Shown here: in pieces, positions 26,554 to 36,180 of the stretch
Numbering within the stretch: the first letter of the stretch is position 1
How the letters are laid out: the number at the start of each line of letters is the position of its first letter
Assembly (NCBI GenBank): GCA_041640595.1
Contig: JBEPZY010000001.1
Span: forward strand, 66,657-130,656
From: Gemmatales bacterium
GTDB taxonomy: Bacteria > Planctomycetota > Planctomycetia > Gemmatales > HRBIN36
Length of the DNA stretch: 64,000 bases
Direction: 5' to 3'
The notes under the pieces: model-generated
The model's database searches: none
What the model saw: only the letters and a program-made list of their open reading frames with translations
Told to the model about the DNA's origin: nothing
Position numbers and translations under genes: made by a program

Positions 26554-28836
26554 ATGAGCAGCATGGAGTTGGTTTGGCTCGTGCCGGCGGTCAGCGTGAT
26601 CGGCGCGGCGCTGCTTTTAGCGCCGATCATTCTCCATCTACTGTTTCGCCAGAAGCCGAAGCGTGTGTCCTTTCCGGCCCTGCGTTTGATCCAGCAACGC
26701 AAGCGCAAGCTCATCCGCAAACTGCAACTGCGCCATTTGTTGCTTCTGGCGCTGCGTTTGTTGTTACTGGGTGGAGTGATCCTGGCGTTAGGACGGCCGA
26801 CCATCACCGGTGGGTCGCGGTTATTGCCGCGCGGCAGCCCGATCGCAGCCATCCTCGTTTTCGATACCAGTGCCAGTATGAGTTACCAGCTGGAGGGACA
26901 AACGCGGCTGCAGAAAGCCCAATCCCTGGCCACGGAATACCTGCGTCAGTTGCCCGAAGGAAGCAAAGTTGCCGTGGTGGACAGCGCCGAAATCCGTATC
27001 CAGTTTCGCGACCGCAAAGAAGCGCAGGTGATCGTGGATAGCCTGCGCATACGCTATCACAATCGGCCGGTTCTTCTGGCGGTGCGGGAAGTGCTCCGCC
27101 GGGTTCGCCAGCCTGATGACAAATGGCCCGACATGCCGCTGGTGATCTGCATTTTCTCTGACCGGACTGCGGCTTCCTGGCCGAGCGACGTCGCTTCCGA
27201 AATCCGCGAACTGGTGGCCGAGCTAGCCAGAAATTGGCAAGCCCAAGCCGAGCTCGAATCCCGTCAAGACTTTCGAGTTCCCATACTGTATTTCGACCTC
27301 GCGCCACCTCATCCCACTAACGTCGCCATTGATGGTATCAGTCTGGTGCTCGGTGAAGGAACGCTTCCTTTGGAAAAGCTTCTCTACGGTCTGGGTAGCA
27401 AACAGAAGGTTCAGTTGCAGGCGGAAATTCGCGCTGCCGGAACCAGCGTGGATGCCGAAGTGGAATTGTTGATCGGCGACGAAGTCTTCGACACCAAACG
27501 ATTCCAGATTCAACCGGAAGAGGGACAGTCGAGGGCAATCCAGGTGAGGTTTCGCCCTTTCGAGCTGGACAAAGCGCTGGTTCAGGGCCGGATTCGCCTC
27601 AAAAGCCCCGATGCGCTCGACAGCGACAACGTTCGCTACTGGACGTTGGTTACTCAACAGCGCAAGGTCTGGCTGGTGGCAGACCAGCTCGCCAGCACGC
27701 AAATCTGGCGAAATGCTCTGGAAACGTTGGGCCAGCGTGGATTATTGCCGGTGGAAGTTTCCGTATTCACCACAGAACAGCTGGAAGCGGTTCCAGCCAT
27801 CCCAGGGGCCCCAGACGTGCTATGCGTCATGCAAATGGCCAAACCTACCGACGAGGTCTGGCGCCGGCTGAGCAATTACGTGAAATTAGGTGGTCGGTTG
27901 GTGCTCGTCCTGGGTGTGGAGCTGGACCCTGCCGCGTACAACACGGAAGCTGCGGCAGAAGTATTGCCCGTACAGGTGCTCAAGCCAGTAGAACTTCCGC
28001 TGGATAGTTTCGTGGAGGTGCCGGATCGCGGTGAGCATCCGCTGTTCCGCCCTTATCGGGACTGGAACACTGACCTGAGCGTTGGGCGAGTGTACCGGAT
28101 GTGGCAAACCGAACTGCTTCGCAAAGGCGGACAGCCACTGGGCCAGGTCCTGGCTCGCGTCAGTCACGAAGCGCGACCGCTGGTCATCGAACGCACCTTC
28201 GACACCCAGCAGGGCAGCGGACGTTTGTTACTTTTCACGACGCCCCTTTATCGCCGTACTACTCCCGATTGGAGCGATTGGAATAACTTTCACATTCCCT
28301 GGCAAACGAATTTTGCCCTGCCGTTTGTAACCGTGCGCTATCTGTTGCAGGCCCAGGGAGAACGCACGAACTGGCTGCTCGGCGAAGAAACGCCGTCAGT
28401 ACTGTTGCCCGGATTTGCCGAGCCAGGATTCAGCTGGGAATTGCGAGGCCCGGAAACGCGGAGTGGCACGCTGGAACAGCGGCAACGCGAACTGTTTCTC
28501 GAGCGATTAGACCGGCACGGCAACTACACGGTTCGCGAGCTGCAGGACAGGTGGGTGCAAGGGTTCAGCGTCAACCTGCCGCCGCGGGAAACCGAATTCC
28601 TCGAAGGGCGAATCACCGACGAGCAAATCCGCAACACTCTGGGAGACAATAGCCTTTTGCAGGCGGATGACCCGGTGCAGTTAGTGGAACTGGCTCGCAC
28701 GCGCACGGGTCAAGCACCGCCCCTGGAGTTGCTCCCCTGGTTGCTGCTTCTGGCTGCGGTGTTCCTGGCCGTCGAATGCTGGGTGGCCAATCGCTTTTAT
28801 AAACGCGAAAGCCCGGAGGCCGATGAGCATGGTTGA
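26554..28836 (+). CDS. BatA-type membrane protein: N-terminal double-TM 'aerotolerance regulator' domain, vWA-like domain, C-terminal TM anchor
   Basis: MELVWLVPAVSVIGAALLLAPIILHLLFRQKPKRVSFPALRLI (BatA_N pattern), second TM LLLLALRLLLLGGVILALG, MIDAS-like AILVFDTSASM, C-terminal TM LLPWLLLLAAVFLAVECWV. The start could be 26554 or 26563. Confidence 0.8.
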   Translation: MSSMELVWLVPAVSVIGAALLLAPIILHLLFRQKPKRVSFPALRLIQQRKRKLIRKLQLRHLLLLALRLLLLGGVILALGRPTITGGSRLLPRGSPIAAILVFDTSASMSYQLEGQTRLQKAQSLATEYLRQLPEGSKVAVVDSAEIRIQFRDRKEAQVIVDSLRIRYHNRPVLLAVREVLRRVRQPDDKWPDMPLVICIFSDRTAASWPSDVASEIRELVAELARNWQAQAELESRQDFRVPILYFDLAPPHPTNVAIDGISLVLGEGTLPLEKLLYGLGSKQKVQLQAEIRAAGTSVDAEVELLIGDEVFDTKRFQIQPEEGQSRAIQVRFRPFELDKALVQGRIRLKSPDALDSDNVRYWTLVTQQRKVWLVADQLASTQIWRNALETLGQRGLLPVEVSVFTTEQLEAVPAIPGAPDVLCVMQMAKPTDEVWRRLSNYVKLGGRLVLVLGVELDPAAYNTEAAAEVLPVQVLKPVELPLDSFVEVPDRGEHPLFRPYRDWNTDLSVGRVYRMWQTELLRKGGQPLGQVLARVSHEARPLVIERTFDTQQGSGRLLLFTTPLYRRTTPDWSDWNNFHIPWQTNFALPFVTVRYLLQAQGERTNWLLGEETPSVLLPGFAEPGFSWELRGPETRSGTLEQRQRELFLERLDRHGNYTVRELQDRWVQGFSVNLPPRETEFLEGRITDEQIRNTLGDNSLLQADDPVQLVELARTRTGQAPPLELLPWLLLLAAVFLAVECWVANRFYKRESPEADEHG

Positions 28837-31453
28837 ATGGTTTCCTAGCCTTAATAGTCCGTGGGAACCGCTCACCTTACCCGTAGTGCTCGGCGCCGCC
28901 GGTCTGGTAGCCGTGTTAACCGTGTGGAGTTATTGCGGCCTGGGTCGCGCAATTCGCCTGGCACTCTGGCTGGGGATAGCTGCTTCAGCTGTCTATGCCG
29001 CTCAGTGTCTGGCTACTGCACTGGCAGCTCGGGATTGGCAATTCTCGGCACTCAGCGAAGCGTTCCGCGAGCAAATCTGGAATCTCGCCGGCAGTGCTCT
29101 GGTGGCGGTCGGCTTACTGGCCGGCTTGCGCATTACCGGGCCACTGGTCGGCTCCCAACCCGCCACTGCTCAACCTCATCAAGTGGCCATCCTGTTGGCC
29201 CTGCGGTTACTGGCCCTCGGAGTGCTCTGCCTCATCCTGCTCCGACCCGCCTGGAAAGTCACCTTCACCGAGAGTCTCCAAGGGCTGGTCATCATCTTGC
29301 TCGATGAGAGCCGTAGCATGCGGGAGCGCGATGAACCGCCGGAGATGTCCCGTTGGGAAAAAGCCATCGGCGAACTCGAGCAGGCACGCTCGCTTTTGCA
29401 ACAGATGCAACGAGACCAGCAGGTCGAACCTTTGCTGTTTGCCTTTCACAGTATGGGGCAGATACGACGACTCAACCTCGACCAGTTGCCCAAAGCCTCT
29501 GACAAACCAGAAGGCCCCAACACCGCCTTACTCGACGCAATCGTTCGTACCTTGCAGGAGCATGACCAATCCGACAAACCTGTGCTCGGTTTGATTATCC
29601 TTTCCGATGGCCGGGACACTTTTCAGTATCCCAAGCTCGACGAAGTGGTGCAGAAAGCGCGGGAACGGTCGGTGCGCATTCATGCGGTCGGATTCGGTCA
29701 TCCCGGCGGCACAGCCCTGTTGCCGGACATTGAGGTGGCACAGATCGAAGCTCCCCGACATGTGCGGATCAAAGACCGCCTGGTGGTGACTGGTGTCGTC
29801 ACCACGCAGCAATTCGTCAACGAACCGATCACCATTCGCCTCCTCATAGACGGCAAACCAGCGATGAGGGCCGACAAACCCGACGAGGAAGTTACCCATA
29901 CCCTCACTCCCCAGCGTGCCGGCCAGACCTTCCGTTTTGCCCTGCCCGCAGCCAAAACACCAGACCAACCTGGCAACATTCGCGTCACCCTTCGCGCCGA
30001 CCCCAAACCGAATGAGCGCGACCAGAGCAACAACGAAAAGGTTACCACCGTTACGGTCACCAAAGAGGGATTGAGTGTTTTGTATCTCGACCGCTTGCGC
30101 CCCTGGGAGCCCCGCGAAATCTCTCGCGCCTTCAAGAGCGATGAACGCATCTCTCTGTACACCGACTTCGATTACCGCCTGACCAACCCCGAGGAGTGGC
30201 GTAAGAAACTCTGGCAAAACCTCCAGAGTAACCGTTACGACGTATTCATCATCGGCGACATTCCCGCTTCCCAGTTCAGTGCCGAAATTCTCCGCCACAT
30301 TGCCGACGAAGTGAGCCTGCGGGGATCGGGTTTTGTCATGATCGGCGGACATCAAAGTTTCGCGGCTGGAGGCTGGCATCAAACACCTATCGCCCGCATC
30401 CTCCCGGTGGATTTGAGCGAAAGTGGCTCTCTGGAAGGCGGGCCGGGCCAGATTCTGGAGATTCCCTTTGTTCCCGAACCACGTGCTCTCGCCGAGCATC
30501 ATTTCGTTTTGCGACAGGGTAGCGACCCCAAATCTTCGCTGGAACGCTGGCGGAAATTGCCCCCACTTTCAGGTGGCAGTAAGGTCGGACGCCCCGTCGT
30601 TCGTGCCCAAGTCCTGGCTACCAGCCAGCCCGACGGCAAGGGCGATATTCTGCTGGCAGTCCTGGACGGTATCGGTAAAGGTCGCTCCGCTGCTCTTGCC
30701 GTGGATACCACCTGGCGCTGGACGATGCCACGCTGGGAACCCAACTTGCTTCTGAAACCTTTGCCGCCCGGAGAACTCAGCGAAGGCCAGGTCGCTTTTA
30801 TCCGTTTCTGGCGGCAGCTGGTGCTGTGGCTGGCACGCCAGGAACAGCAGGGTGATGCCATTTACGCCGACCTCGAGTTGCTTGACCTGCCCCGTGGTTC
30901 TGTGCAAAGTGTCTTTTTGCAGGCGGTGCGTGTTCAGCCGGGTGGTGCTCGTGATGAGCGCCAGCCTGTCCAGGACGTTGTCTTTCACCTCGAATTGCAA
31001 AAACCCAACCAACCGCAACCTCAACGCCTGGCCTTGCAGGTACGTTCTGGCCCGGACGGTAAGGCCAGGGTTACCATTCCACGCGAAGAGACTCTCGAAG
31101 TCGGCCAGTACGTGCTTTACGTTTCCGCCGAACTGGCAGGCAAGCCATTCGGCGAACGGCTGGCCGTTTCCTTCGCAGTCAACGAACTCAATCGCGAAGA
31201 CCTTAACCGCTCCGCCAACCACGATTTGCTGAAGCAATTCTGCGAGCGTACCGGCGGAATTTTCCTTTCCCATTCCGGACTGAGTCAGTTGCTGGAACAA
31301 TACCGCGGTGGCGAACTTACAACCCGTCGCATCACCGAAACTTTCCCTGATTGGGAAAAGCCTTTGCCCGGCGTTCAGCTCGCCTTCTTGCTCCTGTTTG
31401 GTTTATTTATCATCGCCGAATGGACGCTCCGCCGTTACTGGGGCCTGGTCTGA
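28823..31453 (+). CDS. Large polytopic membrane protein with a vWA-like domain and a class-I-glutamine-amidotransferase-like (DUF1355-type) region, 876 aa
   Basis: Four N-terminal TM helices, MIDAS-like VIILLDESRSM, IILSDGRD, later FIIGDIP....GSGFVMIGGHQSF (GATase1-like by recollection), and a C-terminal TM VQLAFLLLFGLFIIAEW. The start overlaps the upstream stop by 14 nt. Confidence 0.75.
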   Translation: MSMVEWFPSLNSPWEPLTLPVVLGAAGLVAVLTVWSYCGLGRAIRLALWLGIAASAVYAAQCLATALAARDWQFSALSEAFREQIWNLAGSALVAVGLLAGLRITGPLVGSQPATAQPHQVAILLALRLLALGVLCLILLRPAWKVTFTESLQGLVIILLDESRSMRERDEPPEMSRWEKAIGELEQARSLLQQMQRDQQVEPLLFAFHSMGQIRRLNLDQLPKASDKPEGPNTALLDAIVRTLQEHDQSDKPVLGLIILSDGRDTFQYPKLDEVVQKARERSVRIHAVGFGHPGGTALLPDIEVAQIEAPRHVRIKDRLVVTGVVTTQQFVNEPITIRLLIDGKPAMRADKPDEEVTHTLTPQRAGQTFRFALPAAKTPDQPGNIRVTLRADPKPNERDQSNNEKVTTVTVTKEGLSVLYLDRLRPWEPREISRAFKSDERISLYTDFDYRLTNPEEWRKKLWQNLQSNRYDVFIIGDIPASQFSAEILRHIADEVSLRGSGFVMIGGHQSFAAGGWHQTPIARILPVDLSESGSLEGGPGQILEIPFVPEPRALAEHHFVLRQGSDPKSSLERWRKLPPLSGGSKVGRPVVRAQVLATSQPDGKGDILLAVLDGIGKGRSAALAVDTTWRWTMPRWEPNLLLKPLPPGELSEGQVAFIRFWRQLVLWLARQEQQGDAIYADLELLDLPRGSVQSVFLQAVRVQPGGARDERQPVQDVVFHLELQKPNQPQPQRLALQVRSGPDGKARVTIPREETLEVGQYVLYVSAELAGKPFGERLAVSFAVNELNREDLNRSANHDLLKQFCERTGGIFLSHSGLSQLLEQYRGGELTTRRITETFPDWEKPLPGVQLAFLLLFGLFIIAEWTLRRYWGLV

Positions 31454-31485
31454 CAACTAAACACTTAGTGGCAGGAGCACCCACG

Positions 31486-31699
31486 CCGCTATAACTTAGC
31501 TTTTGCTGCATCATCCAGGCATGTCCTCGAAGCAAGTACTATACACGTGCTTGCCGTCACCTAGTTATGCGTGATGATCCTTCTTTGGCTTGTTCCGCTA
31601 CCAAGTCCTAACATATACCGGCAAAATTTGCGGTACTTCACCGAGCGAAACCAGTCTTATGTTCGAGTGCGCGTAAGTTATAGTCGCTAAGTTTAGCGG
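31486..31699. repeat. Inverted repeat pair flanking an AT-richer ~185-nt spacer in a convergent intergenic region
   Basis: CCGCTATAACTTAGC (31486..31500) versus the reverse complement of GCTAAGTTTAGCGG (31686..31699): 14/15 with a 1-nt gap. There is an internal 8-bp hairpin GCAAGTAC-tatacac-GTGCTTGC at about 31539..31561. Confidence 0.5.
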
Positions 31700-31706
31700 C
31701 CGCCGA

Positions 31707-32843
31707 TTACAATGGCGGTACTGAGGGGAGAATGTCAGGATAGATAGGATCCGGAGCCTCGCGGTTGATAAAGTCAATCAGCTGACGGAGTCGGCCCAGG
31801 CTACGCCGGTCGAACTGGAAACGCAAACGCGGCAGCATCGCAAGGTGAGAGTCGTTGCTCTCTTCCGGATCGGGACCTACTAATTCAAAAGTATCGCCGG
31901 CAACAATATCGGCAAATTCATGGCGCAGTCGCTCAATAAGCTCCGGAGGTAACGGGGTGCGCAGTCGCAGCACCAGGTGATGCTTGCGTCCAACATATCG
32001 CATGCTGTGATAAACCCGGTAAAACTGCCGAATCTCCGCTACCGCTTCGTCCACATTGTCCGTGATTTTGTAAAGAGCCAAATCCTGAGGCGAAATATAG
32101 TTCCGCGCTAGTAACATCTCCCGTATAAATTTATCGAAAGCTCGCCAGTAGTCCCCGCCGGGCTCATCAATCAGAACGATTGGGAACATGTGGCTCTTAC
32201 CAGTCTGCACTAGGGTAAGTACCTCAAAACCTTCGTCCAGCGTTCCGAACCCGCCAGGGAACAAAGCCACGGCACTGGCTTCTTTAGCAAACATGAGTTT
32301 GCGTGTGAAGAAATACTTGAAATTGACCAGGCGTTGATCGTCGTCGGCTATAATCGGATTGGCTGCCTGTTCAAACGGCAGGCGAATGTTAATGCCCAAA
32401 CTATTCTCTTTGCCGGCGCCCACGTGTCCCGCTTCCATGATACCGCTGGCAGCACCAGTGATTACCATGTAGCCAAGTTCGACCATCTTACGGGCGAAAG
32501 TGACCGCCGCCTGGTAAACAGGAGCATCGCGAGATGTTCGCGCCGAACCGAAAATGGTTACCTTCCGGCGATGCCGATACCGGGCAAACAAGGCCAGAGC
32601 ATGCCGCAACTCGCGGATAGTCGTGGCGAGGATTTTCACATCGCCCCGGTCGGCTTTATCTTGCAAAAGCAAGTCGGCCGACTCCTTGATTTGCTGCACC
32701 AGTTCTTCGACAGTAACGTAGGTGTACAGCCGATTCTCGGGTGGCGATTGCTGAACCGGTGCATACCGGTTATTCGAGGCCGTGTTTTCGAAACCCGCCG
32801 GCTCGGACGAATTCGTCGGTACCTGTTCAGGCGAAGCAGACAT
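31707..32843 (-). CDS. LOG-family / PpnN-like nucleotide 5'-monophosphate nucleosidase (TIGR00730-type Rossmann protein with N- and C-terminal extensions)
   Basis: VTIFGSAR, MVITGAASGIMEA, and the signature PGGFGTLDEGFEVLTLVQTGK. Start moved to MSASPEQ (ATG 32843). Confidence 0.8.
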   Translation of the reverse strand: MSASPEQVPTNSSEPAGFENTASNNRYAPVQQSPPENRLYTYVTVEELVQQIKESADLLLQDKADRGDVKILATTIRELRHALALFARYRHRRKVTIFGSARTSRDAPVYQAAVTFARKMVELGYMVITGAASGIMEAGHVGAGKENSLGINIRLPFEQAANPIIADDDQRLVNFKYFFTRKLMFAKEASAVALFPGGFGTLDEGFEVLTLVQTGKSHMFPIVLIDEPGGDYWRAFDKFIREMLLARNYISPQDLALYKITDNVDEAVAEIRQFYRVYHSMRYVGRKHHLVLRLRTPLPPELIERLRHEFADIVAGDTFELVGPDPEESNDSHLAMLPRLRFQFDRRSLGRLRQLIDFINREAPDPIYPDILPSVPPL

Positions 32844-32925
32844 GGTAAGTCCCTTATATACGTAGCGAGGTGAAAAAGGCGTTACTGAGCACCCGATAGG
32901 CGAAAGCAGGTTGCCCAGCAGCGCC

Positions 32926-33300
32926 TCAGGAAAGGGCGCGGAGGGCCTCATCCCGCGATTCGTAGATCGCCCAGAGGGTATCCATACCGGTTACGCGAAG
33001 TAACTCCCGCGCTGCTGGACGAGCGTTGCAGATCACCAGGTCGCCACCGTGGAGTTTCACCAGGTGGTGGAAGCGCAAGAGCATGGCAATGAAAACTGAA
33101 CCAAAGTAGTTTACCTGCTCGAGGTCCACAATAATGCCTGTGGGCGGATTTTGCCGCAAAGGTTGTAAAATCAGGTCGGCCGCCATTCCGATAGCTTCCC
33201 ATTGAAGTTTCTCGATGGCGTCGGTGGGAACCAGGATGGCCAATTCTCCCCGGCGTTCCAGATGCAGGAACGTTCCAGGTTCAGGTGTCGAAGCCGGCAT
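32926..33300 (-). CDS. STAS-domain protein (anti-sigma-factor antagonist family), 124 aa
   Basis: Start moved to MPASTPEPG (ATG 33300, SD GGGAG 5 nt upstream). STAS pattern: ILVP.........LILQPL......GIIVDLEQVNYFGSVFIAMLL.....KLHGGDLVICNA.P..RELL.VTGMD.LW.IY. Confidence 0.7.
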   Translation of the reverse strand: MPASTPEPGTFLHLERRGELAILVPTDAIEKLQWEAIGMAADLILQPLRQNPPTGIIVDLEQVNYFGSVFIAMLLRFHHLVKLHGGDLVICNARPAARELLRVTGMDTLWAIYESRDEALRALS

Positions 33301-33524
33301 GGGTTGCTCCCGCGTCGCCTGGCCAGAGTTGCTATTCTGCAACCGGCAAGCGCCAGCATAACAAAATGCTACACACTTGCCAAGCTGGTTTCCTTCAGGA
33401 ATAGCAGCCGGCCCATCGTCCCGAAATTTCCGCGGCTCTGCATACAATGATACGCTGGCGAGAAGGTCAACTGTTCGCCAGGTCATTACGCTCAGGTTGC
33501 TCTGGTTCCAGGAGGGGCAAGCTT

Positions 33525-35474
33525 ATGGCGCAACTTGAATATGCTTTCGATGTCGTGGTCGTCGGTGCTGGACACGCTGGGTGTGAAGCCGCTCTGGCGT
33601 GCGCCCGCATGGGGTTGCGTACTGCGTTGCTGACCATGAATTGCGACACAGTAGCACAAATGAGCTGCAATCCGGCAATTGGCGGAGTGGCGAAAGGACA
33701 GATTGTCCGCGAAATTGATGCGCTGGGCGGCGAAATGGCGAAAGTCACCGATGTGGCCGGTCTGCAGTTCCGTATGCTCAATCGTACCAAGGGTCCGGCC
33801 ATGCACAGCCCGCGCGCTCAGTGTGATAAAAAGCTGTACCAGTTTACCATGAAACACCGTATCGAGGCTCAGCCAAACCTGACGTTGCGGCAGGAACTGG
33901 TCGAACGCCTGCTTGTCGAGCCTTTAAGTCGGGCGGAACAATCTGCCCAGGAACAGCCAGATCCGCTGGCGGCGGTTGGCGGGCCAGTCAGCAGTGCTCC
34001 CCGCTATCGCGTAGTCGGTGTGCTCTGCCAGGGGGATACACTCTATCGCGCTCGCGCCGTTATTCTGACCACAGGCACGTTTTTGCAGGCGGTTCTCCAT
34101 GTCGGCGAAGCAAAGAGCCGCGGCGGACGCATGGGAGACGGTGTGGCTGAACGACTGAGCGGTAGTCTTATGGAGCTTGGCTTTCAACTTGCCCGATTCA
34201 AAACCGGTACGCCCTGCCGACTGAATGGCCGTACTATCAATTTCGACATCCTCGAACGACAACCGGGCGATCCCGAACCAAAACCGTTCAGCTTTTCGAC
34301 CCCGAAAATCACTCAGCCCCAGCTCGATTGCCACATCACCTATACTAATCCCGCTGTGCACGACTTAATTAGAGCCAATCTGCATCGTGCTCCCATGTAT
34401 AGCGGTCAGATTAAGAGCCGGGGTCCCCGTTATTGCCCATCTATCGAAGACAAGGTTGTCCGCTTTCCCGATAAGGATCGCCATCAGATTTTCCTCGAAC
34501 CGGAAGGTTACAATACGCTGGAATATTACTGCAATGGCATCAGTACCAGTTTACCCAAAGATGTTCAAGAGGCGATGATTCACATGATTCGTGGTCTGGA
34601 AAACGCTGAGATCATGCGTTACGGTTACGCGGTCGAATACGACTATGCTCCGCCCACGCAATTGTTTGCGACATTGGAAACCAAGCTCGTGGCCGGGCTT
34701 TATTTCGCCGGCCAGATTAACGGTACCACCGGTTATGAAGAAGCGGCAGCTCAGGGATTAATTGCCGGGATCAACGCTGCCCTGAAATTGAAAGGAGAAC
34801 ATCCTCTTATCCTGGATCGCAGCCAGGCCTATATCGGCGTGTTGATAGACGACTTAGTTACTCGGGGTGTGGACGAACCTTATCGCATGTTTACTTCCCG
34901 GGCCGAATATCGCCTTCTACTCCGCCATGACAACGCAGATCGCCGACTAAGTCCGCTTGGCTGGCGGGTCGGTTTGCTCAGTCGCGACGCCTGGCAACGA
35001 TTGCAGGAAAAGGAAGAACGCCTTCGCCAGCTAATGCACTTACTCGAAACCCAGCGATATCAAGGACTAACACTCGCTCATTGGCTGCGTCGGCCGGGCA
35101 TCGAATGGGAACAACTGCTCGCCTGGCATCCACCTTTGCGCGAGTTTAATGCCTGGCCAGAGGTTGTTGAACAGGCGATCATTGACACACGCTACGCTGG
35201 TTATATAGAAAGACAGGCGGCTCAGGTAGAAAAATTCCGCAAACTGGAGTCGCGTGTTATCCCCGAGCATTTCGACTATTTAGCTGTCCCACAATTGCGC
35301 GCAGAGGCCCGCGAAAAACTTATGCGGATTCGCCCCCGTACTCTCGGTCAGGCAAGTCGCATTAGCGGGATTAGTCCTGCCGATATCGCCCTGTTGATTT
35401 TCTACCTCGAAAACGGCCGCCGCGATCTGGATGCAGGTTCCTGTGCTTTGGATTGTGCTGAAAACAGCACTTAG
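33525..35474 (+). CDS. mnmG: tRNA uridine-5-carboxymethylaminomethyl modification enzyme MnmG (GidA)
   Basis: Start moved to [23 protein letters not shown] (ATG 33525 after GGAGGGG). [55 protein letters not shown]. Contains a ~35-aa insertion after LLVEP. Confidence 0.93.
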   Translation: MAQLEYAFDVVVVGAGHAGCEAALACARMGLRTALLTMNCDTVAQMSCNPAIGGVAKGQIVREIDALGGEMAKVTDVAGLQFRMLNRTKGPAMHSPRAQCDKKLYQFTMKHRIEAQPNLTLRQELVERLLVEPLSRAEQSAQEQPDPLAAVGGPVSSAPRYRVVGVLCQGDTLYRARAVILTTGTFLQAVLHVGEAKSRGGRMGDGVAERLSGSLMELGFQLARFKTGTPCRLNGRTINFDILERQPGDPEPKPFSFSTPKITQPQLDCHITYTNPAVHDLIRANLHRAPMYSGQIKSRGPRYCPSIEDKVVRFPDKDRHQIFLEPEGYNTLEYYCNGISTSLPKDVQEAMIHMIRGLENAEIMRYGYAVEYDYAPPTQLFATLETKLVAGLYFAGQINGTTGYEEAAAQGLIAGINAALKLKGEHPLILDRSQAYIGVLIDDLVTRGVDEPYRMFTSRAEYRLLLRHDNADRRLSPLGWRVGLLSRDAWQRLQEKEERLRQLMHLLETQRYQGLTLAHWLRRPGIEWEQLLAWHPPLREFNAWPEVVEQAIIDTRYAGYIERQAAQVEKFRKLESRVIPEHFDYLAVPQLRAEAREKLMRIRPRTLGQASRISGISPADIALLIFYLENGRRDLDAGSCALDCAENST

Positions 35475-35481
35475 CACATAT

Positions 35482-36180
35482 TTAGCCATTAGGTATCCAT
35501 TGACTCAGTTCTAAGCTCTGGGCCGCCTGCCACGCTTCAACGGTTCCGATAGGAAACCAGAAACGTGCCTCTAATACCTGGCAAGGGATTTGTTTGGCCA
35601 GTTCACTAATCATCTGAGTCAATTCGTATTCTCCTCGTGGTGAAAGCTGCGGCGTTACCTGGAATATATCGCATGGCAACATATAAGCGCCTGCATTGGC
35701 AAGGGCAGGCCCAGAGATATTGGGCTTTTCGATAAGCTCTGTCAAGGTGCCTTGCGGGCTCACGCGAACAATTCCAAATAACCTCGGTTCTGGGACGCGA
35801 TAGGCCAGCAGCCCGAACCGATGTTCTACTAACCGGGCCAGATCATCCGCCGCATAAAGATCGTCACCATTAAGCAGAAGAAAGCGATCGCCCCGAATAC
35901 ACTCCCGGCAGGCCAGCACTGCGTCACCACTGCCGCGCGGTTGTTCTTGACGTACAACGTGCCATTGAACCGGGTTAGTTTGTTTAGTGAGCCAGTCCAC
36001 AATTTGTTCAGCAAGATAATGCACTACAACATAAACACGCGTGATTTGACGCGGCAGAGCATGCATTATCCATTGTAATATCGGCTTGCCTTGCACAGGT
36101 AGCAATGGTTTGGGCGTCTTCAAAGTATATGGACGTAACCGTTTCCCTAAACCCGCGGCCAGAATCACTGCCTCGTGCAT
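35482..36180 (-). CDS. Sugar-phosphate nucleotidyltransferase (NTP_transferase family)
   Basis: MHEAVILAAGLGKRLRPYTLKTPKPLLPV.GKPIL N-terminal signature. Overlaps the aroB stop by 16 nt. Confidence 0.75.
   Translation of the reverse strand: MHEAVILAAGLGKRLRPYTLKTPKPLLPVQGKPILQWIMHALPRQITRVYVVVHYLAEQIVDWLTKQTNPVQWHVVRQEQPRGSGDAVLACRECIRGDRFLLLNGDDLYAADDLARLVEHRFGLLAYRVPEPRLFGIVRVSPQGTLTELIEKPNISGPALANAGAYMLPCDIFQVTPQLSPRGEYELTQMISELAKQIPCQVLEARFWFPIGTVEAWQAAQSLELSQWIPNG

Noticed and set aside
29528-30502. 324-aa minus-strand ORF (also 30569..31300, 243 aa)
   Set aside because: Both are antisense shadows inside the 876-aa TM/vWA gene, which is supported by operon context and a translationally coupled start.
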